64,000 nucleotides of DNA from the NCBI GenBank assembly GCA_045634065.1, contig JAZQZO010000030.1:3808-67807 (forward strand), in the 5' to 3' direction. The notes beneath the pieces were generated by a model. The model saw only the letters and a list, made by a program, of their open reading frames with translations. It did no database searches and was not told the origin of the DNA. Position numbers and translations under genes: made by a program. Shown here in pieces: positions 1-7,663 of this stretch. The stretch comes from Acutalibacteraceae bacterium (lineage in GTDB: Bacteria; Bacillota; Clostridia; Oscillospirales; Acutalibacteraceae). Positions within the stretch are counted from its first letter, which is position 1, and the number at the start of each line of letters is the position of its first letter.

Positions 1-126
1 GCAAAAATTTCACCTTTCCTTATCAGCGGTATAGTTAATGCAGCCCTTTTCAAGAATAAACCCACAGAAGGGAGCGAAGAGGACGAATGCGGTCAGGCTT
101 TGGATTGGAAGGAGACAGCAGAATGA
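1..126 (+). CDS. Partial small protein, C-terminal fragment (continues upstream of window)
   Basis: Frame 1 is open from the window edge to TGA 124-126. The tail ...ECGQALDWKETAE resembles the tail of the 55430..55705 product (...PECGQALDWSDAE). The stop overlaps the ssb ATG (ATGA). Confidence 0.4.
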   Translation, partial: AKISPFLISGIVNAALFKNKPTEGSEEDECGQALDWKETAE

Positions 127-560
127 GCTTAAACGTAGTAGCAATGGTCGGCCGTCTTACAGCCGATCCTGAACTGAGAACCACATCCGGCGGTACTGAG
201 GTAGCCACTTTCAGAATAGCCGTTGACCGCCCCTACAGCAAAGATGCCAACGCACAGAAAGCGGACTTCTTCACGGTTGTAGCCTGGGCAAACACAGCCT
301 TATTCGTCAGCAGATACTTCTCCAAAGGCTCTGCTATTGGCATTCAGGGCAACCTGCAGAGCAGAACCCATGAAGACCGCAACGGTGATAAGAAAACCGC
401 CATTGAAATTGTCGCCCGTGAAGTCAGCTTCTGCGGTAGCAAGAATGACGGCTCGGCTCCTGTAGCAACATCTCCCGGCAACGCATCAGGCTTCTCGACC
501 GCCGCTCCTGCAGACTTTGAGGACCTGGAAGACGATGAGGATTACGATACACCGTTTTAA
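123..560 (+). CDS. ssb: Single-stranded DNA-binding protein
   Basis: ORF 87..560, with likely ATG at 123 (MSLNVVAMVGRLTADPELR). OB-fold SSB pattern (FFTVVAW...IQGNLQSR) and acidic C-terminal tip DDEDYDTPF. Confidence 0.9.
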   Translation: MSLNVVAMVGRLTADPELRTTSGGTEVATFRIAVDRPYSKDANAQKADFFTVVAWANTALFVSRYFSKGSAIGIQGNLQSRTHEDRNGDKKTAIEIVAREVSFCGSKNDGSAPVATSPGNASGFSTAAPADFEDLEDDEDYDTPF

Positions 561-602
561 TACAGAAACAAACCATTTTTAAAACAGAAAGGAAACAGAA
601 TT

Positions 603-839
603 ATGGCAGTAAAGAAACTGAAAAGAATCTTCACGCTCCTCGACATCATCGGGGAGCTGAAAGAAAAGAACGAGGAGCTGACAAAACTCAACCGTCAGCT
701 TATGGAAGAAAACCGTTCACTGAAGGCAGATAACACAATGCTCAAAGCACAGAAAGGTTTTCTTGAATTCAGACTTAAGTTACCCGTAGTTGTAGAAACA
801 AACCCCGAAATCGCAAAGGTAGGTGTAAAATATGAGTAA
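603..839 (+). CDS. Hypothetical coiled-coil protein
   Basis: 78-aa ORF with RBS AAAGGAAACAGAAttATG. Heptad-like LKEKNEELTKLNRQLMEENRSLKADNTMLK. Confidence 0.55.
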   Translation: MAVKKLKRIFTLLDIIGELKEKNEELTKLNRQLMEENRSLKADNTMLKAQKGFLEFRLKLPVVVETNPEIAKVGVKYE

Positions 840-2295
840 GATAATAAATGAAGGACAGAGTACCGCTGACTTCTACGACATCTTTGACGATGATGAAGAA
901 AAATCCCTCGAATACATCCCCATTGATGAACTTTACCCTCACCCTGACAACCCCCGAAAAGACCTCGGTGACCTTACCGAGCTGATTGACAGCATCAAAG
1001 AAAACGGAGTGCTGCAGAACCTCCTCATTGTTCCCGGACACAGACAGACACACGAAGAGTGGAAGGTCTTAGCCGAACAGTACAACGCAAACCCCACCGC
1101 AGAGCTTCAGCACAAAATGAATAACAAGGACCTCAAGGACGGCTACACCGTTATCATCGGTCACAGACGATTAGCGGCAGCAAAAGAGGCAGGCTTGACG
1201 GAGCTTCCCTGCGTGATAGCGGATATAGATAAAGCAACACAGATTTCAATGATGCTTCTTGAGAATATGCAGAGAGCAGACTTGAGCGTGTACGAGCAGG
1301 CCAAAGGAATGCAGATGCTTCTTGATATGGGCGACAGCGTACACGACATTGCCAAGAAGACAGGCTTATCAGAAACCACCATCCGCCGTAGAACAAAGCT
1401 CCTTGACCTTGATGCAGAGAATTTCAAGAAGTCAGCGGAAAGAGGTGCAACCCTCTCCGATTATGTCAAGCTCGAACAGATAGAGGATGTGAGCCTCAGA
1501 AATGAAGTGCTTGAACACTTAGGTACAAGTGAGTTCAATTATCGTTTAAACAACGCCATTACCACTGAAAAGAAAAGGAAACTCAAGGCAAGATGGATGG
1601 AGCTTCTTAATTCTTTTGCAACTCAGGTCAAAGACAAGAGCAAATATAAGCAGGTCGGTTATTGCCTCTATATGGGTAATGACCCGGACGCCGCCTTTAC
1701 TACCCCCAAAGATGCAAACGAAGTCGCTTATTACTACTACATTGAGAATAACACCTATATTTACCTGCTCAAGGAAAAAGGCGAAGATGAGCCGTCAGAT
1801 CCCCAGGCTGAAAAAAAGGCAAAAGAGGAAGCGGCAAGAGTGCAAAAGGTGAGCAAACTCAAAGAAGCAAACGAAGTGGCACGAACAACCCGTAGGGTAT
1901 TTGTACAGAATTACACGGGTAAAAAGGAAGACCTCCCGGAGCTTCTGAAATTTCTCACCTACATTTCAATAGACAGATTGTTAGAGGTTGACGATGAAAC
2001 TCTTGCTGAACTACTGAGTATAGATACGTTTAAAGAAGACTTCGATACTCCGCTTTATGAATTTCCCAAATACACTGAGCTTTGCGAGAAACAGCCCTAT
2101 GCAATACTTCTTACTATGCTGTTTGAAATGTTTGATGCAGAAGAAAGATGCTACACTTGGCACGGAGAATATCAGAAAAACGACGCTCTTGAGCGTTGGT
2201 ACAGCCTTCTTGAAAAGCTCGGCTATCCGATAAGCGAGGAAGAACAGAAGTTGCTTAATGGTACACACGAGCTGTACCCGAACAGAGTCGATTAA
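832..2295 (+). CDS. ParB/Srx-like nuclease domain protein
   Basis: N-terminal motifs IPIDELYPHPDNPRK and VIIGHRRLAAAKEAGL. Long uncharacterised C-terminal region. Confidence 0.8.
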   Translation: MSKIINEGQSTADFYDIFDDDEEKSLEYIPIDELYPHPDNPRKDLGDLTELIDSIKENGVLQNLLIVPGHRQTHEEWKVLAEQYNANPTAELQHKMNNKDLKDGYTVIIGHRRLAAAKEAGLTELPCVIADIDKATQISMMLLENMQRADLSVYEQAKGMQMLLDMGDSVHDIAKKTGLSETTIRRRTKLLDLDAENFKKSAERGATLSDYVKLEQIEDVSLRNEVLEHLGTSEFNYRLNNAITTEKKRKLKARWMELLNSFATQVKDKSKYKQVGYCLYMGNDPDAAFTTPKDANEVAYYYYIENNTYIYLLKEKGEDEPSDPQAEKKAKEEAARVQKVSKLKEANEVARTTRRVFVQNYTGKKEDLPELLKFLTYISIDRLLEVDDETLAELLSIDTFKEDFDTPLYEFPKYTELCEKQPYAILLTMLFEMFDAEERCYTWHGEYQKNDALERWYSLLEKLGYPISEEEQKLLNGTHELYPNRVD

Positions 2296-2430
2296 AAAAA
2301 CACCGCCGGGAGGAGTAATTTCTCCCGGCATAGTACACAATAAAATACTTTATCTTTGTGCGTTTTACATCTGGATATAATTTCCATTAAGAGTTAATAT
2401 GGTGTCACCAAAACGAAAGAAGGATACACC

Positions 2431-3327
2431 ATGTTAACAAAGAAATTCGGCATTGAAATTGAATTCACAGGCATCACAAGAACCCAGGCGGCAAGAGTTG
2501 CTGCAGAACACCTCGGCGGCAGAGCCGATTGCAACAATACAGTAACCGACAGAAACGGTCGCAGATGGAAATTCGTATCAGACGGAAGTATCCGCTGTCA
2601 AAAGAAAGTAAGAGGTAGCAAGGTTTCCGCAGGCGGCGAATACAGCGTTGAATTGGTAAGCCCCATTCTTACCTACCGAGAGGACATTGAAACCCTTCAG
2701 GAGCTGATAAGAAAGCTCAGGAAGGCAGGAGCATTTGCAAACGACTCCTGCGGTATCCACATCCACCTCAACGGTGCAGACCACGATGCAAGAAGCATCA
2801 AAAACTTCATCAACATCATTTCCTCGAAAAACGACCTTCTCTACAAAGCCCTTCAAATCAACCCTGCAAGAATGAGATATTGCAAAAAGATGGATGAAAC
2901 CCTTGTGGAAGCCATCAAAAGAAAAAGACCCCAAAGCCTTCAGGCAATCGAGAACATTTGGTACGACGGTTATTACGGCTCAAGAAGCACCCATTACCAC
3001 CAAAGCCGATACCATTTCCTCAACCTTCACAGCTTTTTCCACGGCAACCACACGGTTGAATTAAGAGGCTTCAACAGCGAACTTCACGCAGGCAAAGTCA
3101 GAGCTTACATAGTCCTTGCCCTTGCCTTGAATAACCAAGCACTCACTCAGACAGCGGCAAGCTCAAGAAAACCCCAAACCGAAAATGAAAAGTTTGCAAT
3201 GAGAACCTACCTTAACCGAATCGGCTTGATTGGTGAAGAATTCAAAAACTGCCGAGACCACCTCACCGCCCACCTCACAGGCTCCGCTGCTTGGCGATAC
3301 GGAGTCCAAAGTACAACGGCGGCATAA
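2431..3327 (+). CDS. Amidoligase (glutamine-synthetase-fold COOH-NH2 ligase, amidoligase_2-like)
   Basis: Motifs FGIEIEFTG, WKFVSDGSI, ELVSPIL, CGIHIHL and HTVELRGF, recognised by eye. Confidence 0.7.
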   Translation: MLTKKFGIEIEFTGITRTQAARVAAEHLGGRADCNNTVTDRNGRRWKFVSDGSIRCQKKVRGSKVSAGGEYSVELVSPILTYREDIETLQELIRKLRKAGAFANDSCGIHIHLNGADHDARSIKNFINIISSKNDLLYKALQINPARMRYCKKMDETLVEAIKRKRPQSLQAIENIWYDGYYGSRSTHYHQSRYHFLNLHSFFHGNHTVELRGFNSELHAGKVRAYIVLALALNNQALTQTAASSRKPQTENEKFAMRTYLNRIGLIGEEFKNCRDHLTAHLTGSAAWRYGVQSTTAA

Positions 3328-3397
3328 ACTTACCCAAAAACCGAATAAGGGGCAGAAAAGCCCCTTTTCGGCAAAAATATGAAAGGATGTAAAACCT

Positions 3398-3880
3398 ATG
3401 AACACAAACGAAAGAAAAATCTATCTTGCCTACGGCTCCAACCTCAATAAGGAGCAGATGGCAATCCGCTGTCCCAATGCCGAAATACTCGGCACAGCAA
3501 CCCTCGAAGGCTATGAGCTTCTCTTCAGAGGCGGACGAGAATCAGCCGTAGCGACCATTGAACCGAAGGAAGGCTCAAGCGTTCCCGTTCTGCTTTGGTC
3601 GATTACACCCCGCTGTGAACTTGCCCTTGACCGATACGAAGGCTTCCCCTTCCTGTACCGCAAAGAAAATGTCACGGTCGAGCTGAACGGCGATCCCCTG
3701 GAAGCAATGGTCTACATTATGAACGAAGGCAAACCGATAGGAAAGCCGAGCGTTTACTATTACAGCATCATTCGTGAAGGCTACAAGGAATGCGACTTTT
3801 CAATCGATTTCCTGAATAATGCCGTAGACGGATGTATAGCGGAAACGTGGAAACAAAAAATTAACAATTCCACATATTGA
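3398..3880 (+). CDS. Gamma-glutamylcyclotransferase (AIG2/GGCT-like)
   Basis: IYLAYGSNLNKEQMAIRCP and LDRYEGFPFLYRK signatures. Typical size of 160 aa. Confidence 0.8.
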   Translation: MNTNERKIYLAYGSNLNKEQMAIRCPNAEILGTATLEGYELLFRGGRESAVATIEPKEGSSVPVLLWSITPRCELALDRYEGFPFLYRKENVTVELNGDPLEAMVYIMNEGKPIGKPSVYYYSIIREGYKECDFSIDFLNNAVDGCIAETWKQKINNSTY

Positions 3881-3906
3881 CAAATATACCCCTACGGGTA
3901 TATTAT
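3877..3906 (+). promoter_or_regulatory. Sigma-A-type promoter with embedded 9-4-9 palindromic operator
   Basis: TTGACA (3877-3882), 17/18-nt spacer, ATATTA/TATTAT (3900-3906). A perfect inverted repeat AATATACCC-ctac-GGGTATATT (3883-3904) fills the spacer and the -10. Confidence 0.5.
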
Positions 3907-3981
3907 ATTAACGGTCATAGTTTTGAAGTTACGGTCAAACCTATGGCGGTAATTGAATACTATGACCATCCCCTCACCTGG

Positions 3982-4033
3982 CCTTTGGATATATCGAGCC
4001 GTAACCTTGATATATTCAGAGGTTTTTTATTTG
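3982..4033 (+). terminator. Intrinsic terminator / attenuator in the leader of the 4051 gene
   Basis: 14-bp stem (CCTTTGGATATATC 3982-3995 with GATATATTCAGAGG 4009-4022, two G-U pairs) followed directly by TTTTTTATTT. Confidence 0.6.
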
Positions 4034-4050
4034 AAGAAAGGAATGAAATT

Positions 4051-4659
4051 ATGACAGACAACGGATGCAAACGAGAAATGACTTTTGAGGAAGAAAGGCT
4101 TGCTTATACTGCAAGATTAAAAGAATTGTTGTTTGCTGAGGATGAATACCCCGGTGACTCACTTCTTAAATGCGTTCTTCGTGACAGCCAAAGAATACTC
4201 GGTAAGGCATCAGCAAAAATTGAAGCCTTGCAAATGGAAAATAAACAGCTTCAGAGCGATGTCATTACTACAAATCAGTATTATGAACATACGAAAGAGC
4301 AGTTGGAAAAAGCAATTAAAATATCACAGAGGTCAAATCAAAGATTCATAGAAGCAAAAAAAGAACTTGAAGAAACACAGGAGAAGTTGGAATGTTTGTT
4401 GTGTCATGCAACAGGAAGCAAGTTGTCAAAAAGCACCTATCCATTGGGAACTATGGAGTCTGCTGTAACTGATTATATTGAAGATTGTTGTAATGAAGCA
4501 GAAGCCGAAGCGGTCAAAGAGTTTGCGGAGAGGTTTGAAAACGAATTTCCAAAATTAGAAGAAATCTATCTTGAAAAATATGACGAACACTTCGTATCAG
4601 AAGACGATGTGATTAAGTTGCTTTGCAACCTTGTAAAAGAAAAGATAGGTGAGAGCTGA
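4051..4659 (+). CDS. Hypothetical coiled-coil protein
   Basis: ORF 3877..4659. The upstream part overlaps the promoter and terminator. ATG 4051 has RBS GAAAGGAATGAAATT. Long heptad-rich centre. Confidence 0.55.
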   Translation: MTDNGCKREMTFEEERLAYTARLKELLFAEDEYPGDSLLKCVLRDSQRILGKASAKIEALQMENKQLQSDVITTNQYYEHTKEQLEKAIKISQRSNQRFIEAKKELEETQEKLECLLCHATGSKLSKSTYPLGTMESAVTDYIEDCCNEAEAEAVKEFAERFENEFPKLEEIYLEKYDEHFVSEDDVIKLLCNLVKEKIGES

Positions 4660-4889
4660 TGAGTGCAATGGGAATTTACGACGTTTGTTATAACGGAGTA
4701 TGTGCTTGTTACAAGTGTGAGTACAGAGGCACGAAAGTTTGTAAGCCCTGTATCGACTGTTCGGGCTATACCCAAAAAGAAGTTATGGATAAAAACAGCC
4801 CTAATTACAATAAGTACGGTGTTGGTTATGAAACAGATAAAACGAAATGCCCAACCTATTTGGAAGAGAAAATTAAAAAGGAGAGATAA
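4659..4889 (+). CDS. Small Cys-rich protein
   Basis: 76-aa ORF with ATGA overlap to the upstream stop. It contains multiple CxxC-like pairs. Confidence 0.5.
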   Translation: MSAMGIYDVCYNGVCACYKCEYRGTKVCKPCIDCSGYTQKEVMDKNSPNYNKYGVGYETDKTKCPTYLEEKIKKER

Positions 4890-4892
4890 GAA

Positions 4893-5306
4893 ATGTTATT
4901 TATCGCAAAAGGAAACGTCGACCTGGGTATGAAGAAAACCGATGAAGACGGAAATGTTATCGAACAAAGCAATGCAACCTTCAGTACGGATGAGAACGGC
5001 TGCTGTGTCGCCGTTGGAGAGTTTGACGAGAATGCTACAGAGCTGAACCTTAATATCCACTCCATATACGGGGATTGGGATGCTTCAGGCTACCTCGGAG
5101 CAATCCTCGAAGCCTTGAAACCACAGAGACGAATCAACATTCCCGACTTCAAAGCCATTTTCGAAGTAGCACGCAATAACGGCTTAGACTTATGTGATTA
5201 CTGTCCGAATGAAATCTACGCCTGCAGAGACTGCATCGTAAAACGATGGGAGGAGGCAGAGGAAACAGAAAGAGAAGCCGCAAAGAGTTATGGAAAAGGA
5301 GAATAA
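4893..5306 (+). CDS. Hypothetical protein
   Basis: 137-aa ORF tightly packed in the operon. RBS AAGGAGAGATAAGAAATG. Confidence 0.55.
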   Translation: MLFIAKGNVDLGMKKTDEDGNVIEQSNATFSTDENGCCVAVGEFDENATELNLNIHSIYGDWDASGYLGAILEALKPQRRINIPDFKAIFEVARNNGLDLCDYCPNEIYACRDCIVKRWEEAEETEREAAKSYGKGE

Positions 5307-5309
5307 ACA

Positions 5310-5642
5310 ATGGATATGAAAAACGCACTTGATATTTTAATAGCTGTGGCTATTTGTTCTACAAACAACATCGACTTATCCTGCTCGGACTGTCCTATGG
5401 CCCCAGAAGAATGTGAACTCACGAAATCATCTGAAGTAGTGGAAGAAGCTATCAGACTTTTAAAAGACGTGCAGGCACTCGATCCTAACCCCGCTATTCC
5501 TGGGAAATGGGTGCTTGTAAAAATGCTGAATGTACCCGTAGCCAACATCGGCCCTGTCCTGGATGCTGATATTCGAGCAACGGAAATGGATAGTGTCCCC
5601 CTCTACGAAGAACCTTTGAAAGGGAGAATAAACAATGAGTAA
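5310..5642 (+). CDS. Hypothetical protein
   Basis: 110-aa ORF, RBS GGAAAAGGAGAATAAACAATG. Confidence 0.55.
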   Translation: MDMKNALDILIAVAICSTNNIDLSCSDCPMAPEECELTKSSEVVEEAIRLLKDVQALDPNPAIPGKWVLVKMLNVPVANIGPVLDADIRATEMDSVPLYEEPLKGRINNE

Positions 5643-5907
5643 TGAACCTTATGCAAACGCTCGGCCTTGTCTTGAAAGGCTACAGACATTAGATGCGAGT
5701 ATGGTTTTAGATAACGGTCAATGGCTTCCACCACCACCAAAACCAATCGCAAAAATAACCCTATGCGGTTGCATCCACCTCACCCTAACCGATGAAGTAA
5801 AAAGCAGCTTCATCAAACCCACCCCGGAGCAAATCAAAAACCTCAAGGAAATGCTGTGTATTGACGTTGAGCTGTTGGAGGAAGAAGGTGCTGAGAATGA
5901 CAACTGA
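5635..5907 (+). CDS. Hypothetical protein
   Basis: 90-aa ORF that overlaps its neighbours by a few nt. It ends ...EEGAENDN and carries the next gene's RBS. Confidence 0.5.
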   Translation: MSNEPYANARPCLERLQTLDASMVLDNGQWLPPPPKPIAKITLCGCIHLTLTDEVKSSFIKPTPEQIKNLKEMLCIDVELLEEEGAENDN

Positions 5908-6418
5908 AGAAGCAAAAAAAATCTTTGAAAACGGACTTGAAAACATTACTAAAACCAATCGCCTTATTGAGTTCAGAGGAAAACACAAGAACACAAAAGA
6001 ATGGGTGTACGGATATTATGCACCGTTTTTTGATGAAGATACACTTGAAATTATACCTGCTATTATATCGTTATCTGCCGAGAGGCTTGATATTTACCCC
6101 GTTATTCCTGAAACCGTAGGTCAATACACAGGCATAACCGACAAGAACGGCAAGAAGATTTTTGAGGACGATATTTTAAGAATTGGATATTGTTTCGGGT
6201 GGGATAGTGAACAGGAAAAGAAAGTCCCCGAAGAAGAATATATTTCAAAAGTTTATTCAATAGACGCTTGCCCTTTTTGCGTAGATTTACAACATTGTGA
6301 CGGAGATATGTCGCCCGTAGCGTGGTTAGATTGGAGCTATGACGATACAGAAATTGAAGTTATCGGCAACATACACGATAACCCCGAACTACTGAAAGGA
6401 GATGAAAACAATGTCTGA
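5897..6418 (+). CDS. YopX-family protein
   Basis: WVYGYY, QYTGITDKNGKKIFEDDIL and IEVIGNIHDNPELL motifs. ATG 5897 follows GAAGGTGCTGAGA. Confidence 0.75.
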   Translation: MTTEEAKKIFENGLENITKTNRLIEFRGKHKNTKEWVYGYYAPFFDEDTLEIIPAIISLSAERLDIYPVIPETVGQYTGITDKNGKKIFEDDILRIGYCFGWDSEQEKKVPEEEYISKVYSIDACPFCVDLQHCDGDMSPVAWLDWSYDDTEIEVIGNIHDNPELLKGDENNV

Positions 6419-6803
6419 AAAAACAAAGTGTACAAAGGTAACCATTAAGCCAGGTAATAGTGTTACGGTTTCAAACTCGAAGCAGGATAGTAGTGTGACT
6501 TACGGTCAGCATTATGTTCAAAAGATGCCTGAATACATAGAGCGTGAAAAGTTGATAGCGTGGCTTGAAAATATGTGTGTGTCAAAAAAAATAATCGATG
6601 CAATACAAAACAAAGAACGCTTTCCTGCCGCAGATGTGGCCGAGGTTGTCAGGTGTAAGGATTGCAAAAAGTATACAGACTTTGATGCTACTAACTGCAA
6701 AAGATTAGAGTTTCATTTTTGTAAAAAATTTAGGAACATCACAAGGGAAACCGATTTTTGCAGTTTCGGTGAAAGGAAAGAAGGTGCAGAGAATGCCGAA
6801 TAA
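6411..6803 (+). CDS. Hypothetical Cys-rich protein (RCKDCKKY paralog family)
   Basis: ORF 6402..6803. ATG 6411 is better spaced from GAAAGGAG. It shares the layout V.RCKDCK...FCS.GE.K with the 53760 and 54091 products. Confidence 0.55.
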   Translation: MSEKTKCTKVTIKPGNSVTVSNSKQDSSVTYGQHYVQKMPEYIEREKLIAWLENMCVSKKIIDAIQNKERFPAADVAEVVRCKDCKKYTDFDATNCKRLEFHFCKKFRNITRETDFCSFGERKEGAENAE

Positions 6804-6966
6804 ATGTATGTTTTGTAAAGAATCACATCTCAAGGGCTATCGTAAATGTGAAATTACAGGTCAAATCAAGAAGCATAAGTGCCTTGAGCATTATACCTAC
6901 TGCAAACACTTTAAGCTCAGTTTGTATGACCGTTTTAAAGAATGGCTCGACGATATTTTTTATTAA
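6793..6966 (+). CDS. Small Cys-rich protein
   Basis: MPNKCMFCKE... ATG 6793 follows GAAGGTGCAGAGA. Confidence 0.45.
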   Translation: MPNKCMFCKESHLKGYRKCEITGQIKKHKCLEHYTYCKHFKLSLYDRFKEWLDDIFY

Positions 6967-6976
6967 GGAGTAAGCA

Positions 6977-7177
6977 ATGGGAATACTGATTGATTTAACC
7001 GATGTCCCGGATTGCAAGACCTGCGCCGATCCTACGAAATATGTAATCGGAAGTAACATCGACCTCGAAGGACCAGGACAAGTCGGTGTCTTGTACGGTT
7101 GCAAAAACCGTGTATGTAGAGACAAAAGATTATTTTTATTAAGGAGGATTATAAGCGATGAATCCGATAAAATTTGA
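6977..7177 (+). CDS. Hypothetical small protein
   Basis: 66-aa ORF, RBS TAAGGAGTAAGCAATG. Confidence 0.5.
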   Translation: MGILIDLTDVPDCKTCADPTKYVIGSNIDLEGPGQVGVLYGCKNRVCRDKRLFLLRRIISDESDKI

Positions 7178-7424
7178 ACAAGCAAACAGGAACCTTTCTA
7201 AGCCGGAAAATATGACCGATGAAGAATGTTCTTCCCTTTGGGTGCATACGGACGGTAGAGAATGTATTTCTTGTTGGAAACTCAGCTTCAAACAGAGGCT
7301 TTCTGCGCTGTTTTACGGCAAGGTATGGCTTTCTGTATTAAGCGGATATACTCAACCCCCTGTATGGCTTGATTGCCGCAAAACGGTGTTTTTGAAGCAG
7401 AAAAAGGGAGGGAAGAAGAAATGA
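7158..7424 (+). CDS. Hypothetical small protein
   Basis: 88-aa ORF, RBS AAGGAGGATTATAAGCGATG. Confidence 0.5.
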   Translation: MNPIKFEQANRNLSKPENMTDEECSSLWVHTDGRECISCWKLSFKQRLSALFYGKVWLSVLSGYTQPPVWLDCRKTVFLKQKKGGKKK

Positions 7425-7663
7425 TGGACGGAACATATCGTATTTTCGGAGAAGATATGACACTGTTGATTGACAACATTTTTCAAAAGAGTGAACGAGA
7501 TAAAGCTGTGGCAATACTCTCAAGTCTGATAGAGACTATTGAAACCGATTATAAATACTTGGTTAACAAGAAAACCATCGGCATCAGTAAGTATGAGTAT
7601 ATGGCTATTGGTTTGTTGGAGCATGGCTTGAAGGTAGGAGGTGCTGAAGATGCCAACATTTAA
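7421..7663 (+). CDS. Hypothetical small protein
   Basis: ATG 7421 follows AGGGAGGGAAGAAGAA and overlaps the upstream stop. Confidence 0.5.
   Translation: MMDGTYRIFGEDMTLLIDNIFQKSERDKAVAILSSLIETIETDYKYLVNKKTIGISKYEYMAIGLLEHGLKVGGAEDANI

Noticed and set aside
2305-2329. GC-rich hairpin GCCGGGAG...CTCCCGGC after the ParB-like gene, considered as a terminator.
   Set aside because: No U-tract follows it on the + strand. An A-run precedes it, but there is no minus-strand gene for it to terminate. It may still pause or stabilise RNA, so I did not call it.
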